Positions 1-8,603 of a stretch of DNA of 64,000 nucleotides are shown piece by piece. The notes below the pieces were generated by a model, which was not told the DNA's origin, ran no database searches, and saw only the letters and a list, made by a program, of their open reading frames with translations. Where the stretch lies: the NCBI GenBank assembly GCA_963719225.1, contig CAVRAY010000002.1, positions 576,001 to 640,000 of the forward strand, in the 5' to 3' direction. This stretch comes from Thermoanaerobaculia bacterium (GTDB lineage: Bacteria > Acidobacteriota > Thermoanaerobaculia > UBA5066). The position numbers and the translations under genes were made by a program. Positions within the stretch are counted from its first letter, which is position 1, and each line of letters opens with the position of its first letter.

Positions 1-1728
1 AGCCGCGACATCGATCTCAGGACCGACGTCTACTCGCTCGCGGTCATCCTGTACGAGCTCGTCTCCGGGACGCTCCCATACCCGACGCGCGGCATGTCGG
101 TCGTGCAGGCGATCCGGAACATCTGCGAGGAGCCGCCGAGGCCCCTCGACGTGGACGCGGACCTCTGGACGATCCTCGCCAAGGCGCTCGAGAAAGAGCC
201 GGACAGCCGCTACCAGAGCGCCGCGGCGCTCGCCGAGGACGTGGAGCGGTACCTCGGGAACCAGCCGATCCTCGCGCACCCGCCGAGCACGGTGTACCAG
301 CTGAAGAAGCTCGTCGCGCGCCACCGCGGCATGGTGGCGGCGGCGGGGGTGATCGCCGTCCTTCTCGTTGCGCTCGGTGTCACGATGGTCGTGCAGGCCG
401 GGCGCGTGAGGAAAGAGCGCGACCGCGCGGCGGCCGAGGCCGCGAAGGCGGGCGCGATCGACTCGTTCCTCCTCGACGCGCTCGGCGCGGCCGACCCGTG
501 GTCGAAGGGCTCGCGCAACGTGTCGCTCCTCGACGCGCTCAAGCAGGCGCAGGACAAGGCGAGGACGTCGTTCGCGACGCAGCCGCTCGTCGAGGCGTCG
601 GTGCTGCAGACGATCGGCACGACGTTCTCGAACCTCGCCGAGTTTCCCGAGGCGGAGAAGGCCCTGAAGGCGTCGCTCGACCTGCGCGTGAAGGCCGCAG
701 GGGCGAAGAGCGCCGAGGCCGCCGAGGCGCTCTCCGCCCTCGCGCAGATGTATTCGACCTGGAAGAAGTTCGACGAGGCCGGGAGGTACGCCCACGAGGA
801 GGTCGAGATCGTGCGCGGCCTTCACGGCGCCGGGAGCCTCGAGGCCGCCGCGGCGCTGAACGACGTCGGGACCGTGCTCATCGGAGAAGCGAAGCTCAAG
901 GACGCGAAGGCGACCGCCGACGAAATGCTCCGGATCGTGCGCGCTCCCGGCGCCGCTGGAGAGCCGAAGGCGGCGAAAATCGAGGCCGACGCGCTCCTCC
1001 TCCTGTTCACGGCGGCCATCGCGGAAGAGGATTTTCCGAAGGCTCTCGCGCTGGCGCGCGAACGTCTCGCACTCCTGAAGAAGAGAGTCGGCGACCGCCA
1101 CCCCGACGTCGCGATGGCCCTGAGCGACCTCGCTCTCGGCCAGATGTACACGGGTGACCTCACCGGCGCCGAACGCACGTATCTCGAGGTCCTCGACCTG
1201 GAGGTCGCGCTCCTCGGGCCGGATCACCCGGAGGTCGCAGGCGCCCGGGAGAACCTCGGGAACGTGTATTTCCGGCAAGGCCAGCTCGACAAAACCGCGA
1301 AGAACCTCGAGGTCGTCCTCGCGATGCGCCGGAAGGCGCTCGGCGACGACTCGGAGCCCGTCGCGCGGACGCTCGCGAACATCGGGACCGTCTACCTGCG
1401 CGCCGGAAATTACGAGGCCTCCGTGAAGAGCTATCTCGAGGCGGTCGAGCGTTTGTCGCGGAAGCTCGGGCCGGAGCATCTCGACGTCGGCACGACGCTC
1501 ACGGGCATGGGCCAGGCGTACCGCAAGCTCGCCAGGTTCCCGGAGTCCGAGGCCGCGTTCAAGCGCGCGCTCGCCATCCAGGTGAAGGCGCTCGGCGAGG
1601 ACAACGCGGCCACGCAGAGGACGATCAACGCGCTCGCCGGCCTCTACACGGACTGGAAGAAGCCGGCGCTGGCGGCGGCGTTTAGAGCGAGGCTGAAGCC
1701 CGTGGAAACGAAGGCCGCGGCAAAATAG
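1..1728 (+). CDS. Ser/Thr protein kinase with C-terminal TPR repeats (5'-truncated by window)
   Basis: Frame is open from base 1 (RDIDLRTDVYSLAVILYEL, kinase subdomain IX), followed by KALEKEPDSRYQSA, a TM helix and TPR repeats (HPDVA..L..LA). Confidence 0.9.
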   Translation, partial: SRDIDLRTDVYSLAVILYELVSGTLPYPTRGMSVVQAIRNICEEPPRPLDVDADLWTILAKALEKEPDSRYQSAAALAEDVERYLGNQPILAHPPSTVYQLKKLVARHRGMVAAAGVIAVLLVALGVTMVVQAGRVRKERDRAAAEAAKAGAIDSFLLDALGAADPWSKGSRNVSLLDALKQAQDKARTSFATQPLVEASVLQTIGTTFSNLAEFPEAEKALKASLDLRVKAAGAKSAEAAEALSALAQMYSTWKKFDEAGRYAHEEVEIVRGLHGAGSLEAAAALNDVGTVLIGEAKLKDAKATADEMLRIVRAPGAAGEPKAAKIEADALLLLFTAAIAEEDFPKALALARERLALLKKRVGDRHPDVAMALSDLALGQMYTGDLTGAERTYLEVLDLEVALLGPDHPEVAGARENLGNVYFRQGQLDKTAKNLEVVLAMRRKALGDDSEPVARTLANIGTVYLRAGNYEASVKSYLEAVERLSRKLGPEHLDVGTTLTGMGQAYRKLARFPESEAAFKRALAIQVKALGEDNAATQRTINALAGLYTDWKKPALAAAFRARLKPVETKAAAK

Positions 1729-1752
1729 AGCCGGACGATCGTTCGAGGAGCC

Positions 1753-2475
1753 GTGGAAAACGTCAGCGTGAACAGGGGCCTCCTGATCGGGATCGGGGCG
1801 GTGGCCGCCGTGTCCCTCCTCGCGCTCGCGTTCGTGCTCGGGCGCGAGTCCGGATCCGGCGGCGTCCCCGCGCCGCGGGCGAGGATCGAACGCGTCGCCC
1901 CGCGCGCAGGGCAAGCCGCGCCGCCGACGCCCCGGACGACCGCCGACCGGGCGGACGCGCAGCCAGACTCCCCGTTCGTGCCTCCGACTCCGGGACCGGA
2001 CGCTCCGGCGCGGGCCGCTGCGGGCGAGGCCCCGGCTCCTGTCGGCGGCGATCGAAACGGCACCGGGTTCGAGGCGGAGCGGGCGTCCGTCGCGGCGTAT
2101 TTCGAAGCGGTCGACCGCATCCAGCTGGGGGCCGTGAACGGCCAGGCGGAGGGCATCGCGAACGAGATGGCGGCGGCGCTCGCGAACGGCGACACGTCGG
2201 GTCTCGACAGGATGATTCGCGACGCGGAAGCGGCGAAGGCCGGTCTCTCGGCCGTCGCGCCGCCCCCGCCCTGCGCGACCCACCACCGCGAGACCGTCGC
2301 GAGCCTCGACGACGCGATCGACGTCCTGCGCTCGCTGAAGGTGGCGATGGAATCGTCCGAGCCCGCGGCCAGGCTCGCGGACGTCTCCGCGCGCGCCACG
2401 ACGCTGCGGACGCGCGCGGACGCGCTCGAGAAGGAGGAGCTCGCGCTCCGCGAGCGTTACGGCCTGAAGCGCTGA
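1753..2475 (+). CDS. Hypothetical membrane-anchored protein
   Basis: GAGGAG RBS, N-terminal TM helix, Pro-rich linker, helical C-terminus. Confidence 0.7.
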   Translation: MENVSVNRGLLIGIGAVAAVSLLALAFVLGRESGSGGVPAPRARIERVAPRAGQAAPPTPRTTADRADAQPDSPFVPPTPGPDAPARAAAGEAPAPVGGDRNGTGFEAERASVAAYFEAVDRIQLGAVNGQAEGIANEMAAALANGDTSGLDRMIRDAEAAKAGLSAVAPPPPCATHHRETVASLDDAIDVLRSLKVAMESSEPAARLADVSARATTLRTRADALEKEELALRERYGLKR

Positions 2476-2648
2476 GTCGGGGATGCGGGCCGATCGCCCC
2501 CTGGGCGGCGGCGAAGTGCGTCGGGGCGGGGCCTTCACGGTGAAGCCCACCGGGAGGCCGGGCCCGGTCCTTTCGAAGGTCACGAAAGGGAGACAAAGCT
2601 GTCCCTTCCGCCCTCGATTCGTCGAAACAGGGAGAGGGGATCTCCGAC

Positions 2649-3464
2649 ATGAAGAGCCTTCGTATCCTCGCCGCCGCGGCCCTGATCTCGGGGAGCCTCC
2701 GGGCGTCCGAGCCCAAGGCGCCGCCGCCGCCGGTGGCCAGGCCCGTCGCCGCTCCGGCGGCGCTGGCGGCGACGCTCAAACCCGACCTCCGCATCTCCCT
2801 GGTTCCGACCAACGGCATCGGCCCGGTATACGACTTCGTGATCGAGAACGTGGGGAACCTGCCGGCGAAGGAGTCGACGATTCACTTCTGGGCCTGGCCG
2901 CCGTGTCCGGGAGCGATGCTGGCCGCGAGCGTCGATCCGGGGAAGCTCTTCAAGAGCGAGCCGCTCCGGGCGCTCCCCGTGACGACGCATCCGTCCAACG
3001 CGTTCCACTACTCGGTCCAGATGCCGGAGGGGTACCGCGGGTGCCGGCTCCGGACGGTCGTGGACGCGAACCACGTGATCGACGAGCTGAGAGAGGACAA
3101 CAACGAGGCGTCGGTCCAGACGGCGCCGCGGCCGCGGCCGGACCTCGAGGCATGGGTGACCCAGAGCAGCCCGGACGCGTGGAGGGGCACGATCCTCATC
3201 ACGAACAAGGGAAACGCTCCGTCCCCGCCGTGCGTCCTCATGGCTTATTGCAACGCCCAGAAGGTGAATGTCGGTGCGGGCGACGCCTGGCCGTGCGGCG
3301 GCAACGGCCCCTCGAGGACGTGGACGTTCGATGTGCCGCGGCTCGAGCCGGGTAAGAGGTTCGAGATGCAGACGCCGGTCCAGGTGAAATGGCTGTCGAT
3401 TCGGGTGGACACGGTGAACCAGGTCGACGAGTCGGACGAGAAAAACAACACGTGGCCCCGCTGA
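2649..3464 (+). CDS. Secreted CARDB-domain protein (paralog 1)
   Basis: Signal peptide; two CARDB-like repeats (PDL..I.N.G..VD..N.I.E..E.NN). Confidence 0.8.
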   Translation: MKSLRILAAAALISGSLRASEPKAPPPPVARPVAAPAALAATLKPDLRISLVPTNGIGPVYDFVIENVGNLPAKESTIHFWAWPPCPGAMLAASVDPGKLFKSEPLRALPVTTHPSNAFHYSVQMPEGYRGCRLRTVVDANHVIDELREDNNEASVQTAPRPRPDLEAWVTQSSPDAWRGTILITNKGNAPSPPCVLMAYCNAQKVNVGAGDAWPCGGNGPSRTWTFDVPRLEPGKRFEMQTPVQVKWLSIRVDTVNQVDESDEKNNTWPR

Positions 3465-3776
3465 CATCCACGGGACGTCGCCGCCGCGAGAGGCCTACTG
3501 CGGCGCGAGAGGCGGCGGGGCGGCGCCCTCGAAAGCGCAGCGAAGAACACGAGGGGCGAGAACGGCGGCGCGCCGCGCGTGCCCGGCGCCGCGACCGTCG
3601 AGTGAGGACCGCGACCGCGAGGTCCCGCGACGGCTGGATCGCGACGAGGGCGTATGCGCACGCGAGCGGTAGCGCCGTGAGAGGCGACTCTGCGGAGTGC
3701 ACCCCCGATAATCGGCCCGCGGCACGTGTCCCTTCCCGCCCCGCTTCGCCGAGTCCGGAAAGGAGGGGAGCCCGCC

Positions 3777-4574
3777 ATGAAGAGCCCGTGCATCCTCGCC
3801 GCCGTCGGCCTTGCCTCCATGAGCCTCGCGGCCTCGGAACAAGCGAAGGCGCCGCCGCCCTCCTCGAAGGCGATGCCTCCGCCCGCGGTCCTGGCCGTGC
3901 CCTATCGGTCGGACCTCAAGATCACCTTCAAGCCGCACAACGGGTACGGACTTCTCTTCGACTTCGTCATCGAGAACGTCGGAAACCTCAAGTCGAAGGA
4001 GACGGACATCCAGTTCTGGGTGAGGCCGCCGTGCCCGAGGCCGGACGTCCAGGCGAGCCTCGGCTCCGGGAAGCTGATCAAGTCGGGGAAGGTCAAGGCG
4101 CTCGTCGTGACGACGTCTCCGAACTATGCCTTCCACTACTCGTTCGAAATTCCGGCCCCTATGCTGGGCTGCGCGATCAAGGCGGTCGTGGACCCCTCTC
4201 ACACGCTCCTCGAGTCGAACGAGAACAACAACGAGGTGACCGTCCAGACCGCTCTCCCGCCGGTGGCCGATCTCGTCGTCACCTACTGGAACGGCCAATT
4301 CAAGGTCAAGAACATAGGCAATGCCGCCGCGGGCGCGTCGACCGCACGGGTGGAGTGCGCGAGCAACCAGCAAAGCCACCCGTGCGATCCGCAGGGCGGG
4401 TCGAGCCAGAAGACGTGGAATTACAACGTTCCGGCGCTGTCTCCGGGCCAGGCGCACACCTTCGGTTCGCCGCTCGCGGACCAGTACGCGCAGTTCCTGC
4501 ACGTCGTCGCCGACGCCCAGAACCAGGTGCCGGAACTCAACAAGGGCAACAACACCTGGTGGGGCAGCCACTGA
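3777..4574 (+). CDS. Secreted CARDB-domain protein (paralog 2)
   Basis: GGAGG RBS before ATG 3777; clear paralog of 2649..3464 (DFVIENVGNL, PPCP, AFHYS, ESNENNNE). Confidence 0.8.
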   Translation: MKSPCILAAVGLASMSLAASEQAKAPPPSSKAMPPPAVLAVPYRSDLKITFKPHNGYGLLFDFVIENVGNLKSKETDIQFWVRPPCPRPDVQASLGSGKLIKSGKVKALVVTTSPNYAFHYSFEIPAPMLGCAIKAVVDPSHTLLESNENNNEVTVQTALPPVADLVVTYWNGQFKVKNIGNAAAGASTARVECASNQQSHPCDPQGGSSQKTWNYNVPALSPGQAHTFGSPLADQYAQFLHVVADAQNQVPELNKGNNTWWGSH

Positions 4575-4677
4575 CCCGCCATGCGGAAGGGTGCTTCTGC
4601 TCCGGGTCCGACATGACGATGATCCCGGCGGGCACGCGTCTCGTGCCCGACGATGCCCGGGATGTCGGCGCGGGGAC

Positions 4678-6102
4678 CTACTCGCCCGCGGTCTTCTCCC
4701 CGTGCTGGCTCACGTTGGCGCCATCGCCCGGCTTCAGCTCGTGGAACACGGCCGCCGAGAGGACGGTCATCGCGCCGAGGACGAGGAGCGCGCTGTGGAT
4801 CCCGTGGAGCAGCTCGCGCGGGTTCGAGCGGAACCGATCCGGGATGAAGATGGCCGTCGCCAGCGACGCGGCCGCGACGCCGAAGCTCAGCGACATTTGC
4901 TGAAGCGTGCTCGCGATCGTGCTCGCCATGCTCGCGTCCGGCCCCGTGATCTCGGCGAACGCGAGCGTGCCCATGCTCGTGTACTGGAGCGAAGCGGCGC
5001 CGCCGAACAGGAGCGCGAGAACGACGATGACGGCGACGGGCGTCTCGGCGCCGATCGTCGCGAAGAGCGCGATCGCCGCGCCCATGAGGACCGTGTTCGA
5101 AAGGAGCACGTTGCGGTAGCCGAGGCGCCCGAGGATGCGCGGCATCCACGGCTTGAGCGCCATTGCGGCCGCGGACTGCGGCATGAGGAGAAAGGCGGAC
5201 TGCACGGGAGTGAACCCGAGCCCCACCTGGTAGAGGAGCGGGAGGAGAAACGGAATCCCGCCCGCGCCGAGACGCGTGATGAAGCTCCCGATCACGGCCG
5301 ACCGGAACGTCCTGAGGCGAAAGAGGGCGAGGCGGAGGAGCGGATACGCGTTTGCGAGCGCGTGGCGGAAGTAGGCGGCGAGGAGGGCGAGCGCGAGCGC
5401 GAAAAGGCCGAGGACCGCGCCCGTCGAGAGCGTGTGCTCGCCGAAGACCTCGAGGATGTAGGAGAGGAGGCCGATGCCGCAGCCGAAGAGGACGCCTCCG
5501 AAGACGTCCAGCCGGGGAACGCCCTCGGCGCGGTAGTCCGGGAAGCGGCGCACGACGAGGGCGAGGCCGAGGAGGCCGATCGGGATGTTGACGAAGAAGA
5601 TGATCCGCCAGTTGAAGTAGCCGACGATGAAGCCGCCGGCGACGGGCCCGAGCATCGGCCCGATGAGCGCCGGGATCGTCACGAACGTCATCGCGCGCAC
5701 GAGGTCGGACCTCTCGAACGTGCGCACGATCGTGAGGCGGCCGACGGGCACCATGAGCGCGCCGCCCATGCCCTGCAGGATCCGGAACGCGACGAGGACG
5801 TGGATGTTCGTCGAGAGGCCGCAGAGGAGGGAGCCGAGCGTGAAGATCGCGATCGCGGACGCGAAGACGCGGCGCGTGCCGAACCTGTCCGCGATCCATC
5901 CGCTGACGGGGATGAAGACGGCGAGGCTGAGCGTGTAGCTCGAGAGGACCGACTTCATGCTGAGCGGCACGACCCCGAGCGCGTCGGCGATCGTCGGGAC
6001 CGCGGTATTGAGGATCGTCGTGTCGAGCGCCTCCATGAGGAACGCGACGGCGACCATCCACGGGAGAAGTCGCTTGACGGAGGGGTCGGACGGCGGGGGC
6101 AC
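4678..6102 (-). CDS. MFS transporter, DHA2 (EmrB/QacA) family
   Basis: LDTTILNTAVP, GWIADRFGTRR motif A, about 14 TM segments. Confidence 0.92.
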   Translation of the reverse strand: MPPPSDPSVKRLLPWMVAVAFLMEALDTTILNTAVPTIADALGVVPLSMKSVLSSYTLSLAVFIPVSGWIADRFGTRRVFASAIAIFTLGSLLCGLSTNIHVLVAFRILQGMGGALMVPVGRLTIVRTFERSDLVRAMTFVTIPALIGPMLGPVAGGFIVGYFNWRIIFFVNIPIGLLGLALVVRRFPDYRAEGVPRLDVFGGVLFGCGIGLLSYILEVFGEHTLSTGAVLGLFALALALLAAYFRHALANAYPLLRLALFRLRTFRSAVIGSFITRLGAGGIPFLLPLLYQVGLGFTPVQSAFLLMPQSAAAMALKPWMPRILGRLGYRNVLLSNTVLMGAAIALFATIGAETPVAVIVVLALLFGGAASLQYTSMGTLAFAEITGPDASMASTIASTLQQMSLSFGVAAASLATAIFIPDRFRSNPRELLHGIHSALLVLGAMTVLSAAVFHELKPGDGANVSQHGEKTAGE

Positions 6103-6195
6103 GCCGGGAGTTTAGGGAGGCGGAGGTCCCGCCGCGGCCGCCCTGCCCGCCGGACGGCCAAACCGGTGCTCGGGATGTAACGTAAAAGGAGCGAC

Positions 6196-6975
6196 ATGAA
6201 GAGCCGGACACTGCTTCTCGCCACCGGAATCGGCCTCGCGCTCGCGCCGCGGGCGTGGGCCGGAAGCACGTCCTACGTCGACGTGCACACGGAGGCGTTC
6301 CCGGCCGGCGCCGCGCGGGGACAGCTCGCCGCGCGTGCGGACGCGGAGGCGCCCCCGGACGAGCCGCCCGCCGCTCCGGCCGGCGCGTCGCCCGGCGGGA
6401 TCCGTGAGGACGGGGATCGGCGCGTCGCAAGGGACGCCGGGTCGCGGATCCCGAAGGCACCCCAGCGGATCGTCGGAAGCGCGCCGGAGTCGAAGACGTA
6501 CCTCGACCCCGACTTCGAGCTCGACGTCCATGCGACCTCGGGTCTCGATGTCATCTTCTTCGCCTCGGGGGATTGCACGGTCGACGGGTCGTATGTCCAC
6601 ATCACCGGGGCGGGCCGGTGCGCGCTCGAGGCTCACCAGCCGGGCGATGCGAATACGCTCGCCGCGCGGATCGTCGACCTGCAGTTTCCGATCGCCAGGG
6701 CGGACCAGACGATCGACTTCGCCGAGCTTCCGAGTCCCCACTTCGGCCGCCACGCGTTGCGGCTCCACGCCCACGCCTCTTCGGGGCTGCCGGTCGTCTT
6801 CGGCGTCTCGGGCCCGTGCGAGATCGACGGCCCCTCGCTGCGGGTTCTCGAATCCGGCGAGTGTTCCGTGACGGCCGGACAGGGCGGAAGCCGGAACTTC
6901 AACGCCGCGCCGCCCGTGACCCGAACCCTCCGGGTCGTCCTGCCGACCCCGAGTCCTAGGCCTCCCCCCGCCTGA
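6196..6975 (+). CDS. Secreted protein with Ig-like repeats
   Basis: AAGGAG RBS, signal peptide, repeated A(T/S)SGL.V.F..SG.C...G.C units and a QTIDF motif. Confidence 0.7.
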   Translation: MKSRTLLLATGIGLALAPRAWAGSTSYVDVHTEAFPAGAARGQLAARADAEAPPDEPPAAPAGASPGGIREDGDRRVARDAGSRIPKAPQRIVGSAPESKTYLDPDFELDVHATSGLDVIFFASGDCTVDGSYVHITGAGRCALEAHQPGDANTLAARIVDLQFPIARADQTIDFAELPSPHFGRHALRLHAHASSGLPVVFGVSGPCEIDGPSLRVLESGECSVTAGQGGSRNFNAAPPVTRTLRVVLPTPSPRPPPA

Positions 6976-7258
6976 TCGCCTCGATCGCCCGCGCGCAGTC
7001 GTCGTGGATGCGCTGGCGGTCGACCTGGTACTCGCTCTCGGCCTTCTCGCGCTCGGCAGGGTCAGGGGTCTTCTTCATCGAGTCGCGGAACAGGATCTCG
7101 CGCTCGGCGAGGCGCGACGACGCGATCCGGCGGGCCTCGGCGATGGCTTCCTTCTGCTTCGGGCTCAGCACGGCCTTTTCCTTCGTGCCGGCCTCGTCGT
7201 CCTCGGCTTTCAGTCGCTCCATCGCGAGCTCCAACGCGGTCTTCGGTTTGTCGCCCAT
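6956..7258 (-). CDS. Hypothetical helical protein
   Basis: MGDKPKTALELAMERLK; charged coiled-coil, typical codon usage. Confidence 0.7.
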   Translation of the reverse strand: MGDKPKTALELAMERLKAEDDEAGTKEKAVLSPKQKEAIAEARRIASSRLAEREILFRDSMKKTPDPAEREKAESEYQVDRQRIHDDCARAIEAIRRGEA

Positions 7259-7291
7259 GGCAGGCGCCAAGAATATCCCGGCGAAAGCGCG

Positions 7292-7428
7292 TATGCTCCT
7301 GTTGTTCGACCTCCTTCCCGTCGGCGGAGCGGACCGAGTACCGAAAGGTCCCCGCGACCCCAACCTTCCCCTCCCCACCATCTATCAGTCGCCCGTCCCT
7401 TCGGACGTGCGTTTCACAGAGGAATCTC
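7292..7428 (+). promoter_or_regulatory. -10 box (TATGCT) and conserved structured 5' leader of RRM gene 1
   Basis: Aligns with 22452..22592; GGACC/GGTCC stem, ACC-GAAA-GGT alternative hairpin and CGTCC-CTTC-GGACG hairpin. Confidence 0.65.
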
Positions 7429-7713
7429 ATGAAGCTCTACGTTGGAAACCTGTCCTATTCCGTCAACGACTCCGTCCTGAAGGAGCTCTTTCAGCCCTTC
7501 GGCAACATCGAATCCGCCCGCGTGATCTCGGACCGCGACAGCGGCCAGTCCAAGGGCTTCGGGTTCGTCGAAATGTCCGACGCCGACGCGCAGAAGGCGA
7601 TGAGCGCCCTCAACGGCAAGGAGCAGGACGGCCGGGCGCTGAAGGTCAACGAGGCCAAGCCCCAGGAAAACCGGGGCGGCGGCGGCTTCGGTGGCGGCGG
7701 CCGCCGCTACTGA
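7429..7713 (+). CDS. RRM RNA-binding protein with Gly-rich tail (copy 1)
   Basis: RNP2 LYVGNL, RNP1 KGFGFVEM, GGGG-RRY tail. Confidence 0.96.
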   Translation: MKLYVGNLSYSVNDSVLKELFQPFGNIESARVISDRDSGQSKGFGFVEMSDADAQKAMSALNGKEQDGRALKVNEAKPQENRGGGGFGGGGRRY

Positions 7714-7736
7714 TCGACGGCTCGCTCTGTTCTTTC

Positions 7737-7769
7737 GGCGCCGGTGCGGAAACGCTCCGGCGCCTTTTT
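7737..7769 (+). terminator. Rho-independent terminator
   Basis: GGCGCCGG-TGCG-GAAA-CGCT-CCGGCGCC followed by TTTTT; near-identical copy at 22913..22945. Confidence 0.85.
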
Positions 7770-7792
7770 CTTCGCCGGAGCCCGCCGAGATT

Positions 7793-8134
7793 TCAGCGAC
7801 GCCCCGGTGGTGGCAGGAGAGGCGGCTCGACACGCGTGGCCTGCACGGGGGGCTCGGCCTCGGGCCGGCCAAGCCGGCGCGTCGCGAGGAAGACCGCGAT
7901 CGTCCACGTCGGCGCGAGGTCGACGGCGGGCACGAGCTCGAGCGCAAAAGCCGGCAGGAACGCCCAGTGCCAGCCGAGGAGCGCGACCATCGCCGCGCCG
8001 ACGCCGAGGTCGAGGACGGCGTCGAAGCCTTCGGGCGCACCGCCCGCGAAGAGCGGCATCAGGCCGAGCTGGATCGCGTCGGCGAGGACCGCGATGACCC
8101 GCGCGGCGAGGACGCGCCGCGGCAGCGTTTCCAC
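7793..8134 (-). CDS. Small membrane protein
   Basis: Hydrophobic helices (LLGWHWAFLPAFALELVP..PTWT); TAACGT 6 nt upstream of GTG. Confidence 0.7.
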   Translation of the reverse strand: METLPRRVLAARVIAVLADAIQLGLMPLFAGGAPEGFDAVLDLGVGAAMVALLGWHWAFLPAFALELVPAVDLAPTWTIAVFLATRRLGRPEAEPPVQATRVEPPLLPPPGRR

Positions 8135-8165
8135 GCGCCGACGTTAGGCCCGGCGGTGCGCGGGG

Positions 8166-8603
8166 TCAACGCCGCATGAGGACGTAGGGACCCCGGCTCA
8201 GGAAGAAGTCGACGTCGTGCCAGCGGTCGTGACCGCCGTCGGGGTCCATGTAGGACACGTTGTTCCGATCGCTGAACCGGTAGATGAGGATCGCGTGCGT
8301 GTAGGCGCCCCGGGTGTACGCGCAGAACACGTGGCTCGTGTGGAGGTGATTCTCGAGGTAACCGACGAGCGCGTCCGGGGCGAATCCTCCCCAGAAGAGG
8401 CCGAGCGCCGATGCGATGAGCGGGATCTTCGTGAGCGGCGTGATGCCGCCGGTCCCGCCCTCTCCCCAGCGGTGGATCAGCTGCTGCTGGTGCTGACGCG
8501 GGATTCGGTGGTCGACGAGCGACCAGCTCTCGAGCACCGCCGCCCAGCAGCTGTCCACGTGGGTCTGGGCCACGATGCGTGGCCTGACGCGGGAGATGTT
8601 CAC
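8166..8603 (-). CDS. Papain-fold (C39/AvrRpt2-like) cysteine peptidase
   Basis: Q....SCWAA, HAILIY and MDP triad motifs; GAAGGAGG RBS; GTG start overlaps the cyclase stop (GTGA). Confidence 0.75.
   Translation of the reverse strand: MNISRVRPRIVAQTHVDSCWAAVLESWSLVDHRIPRQHQQQLIHRWGEGGTGGITPLTKIPLIASALGLFWGGFAPDALVGYLENHLHTSHVFCAYTRGAYTHAILIYRFSDRNNVSYMDPDGGHDRWHDVDFFLSRGPYVLMRR

Noticed and set aside
1024-1042. GAAGAGGATTTTCCGAAGG (and GAAGATCTCCTCGAAGG at 59447) as further motif copies
   Set aside because: Partial matches with no clear inverted partner; explainable by ordinary codons.
2560-2610. c-di-GMP-I riboswitch-like GAAAGGGAGACAAAGC upstream of CARDB gene 1
   Set aside because: Lacks the GGCAAAC start and a convincing P2/P3 arrangement.
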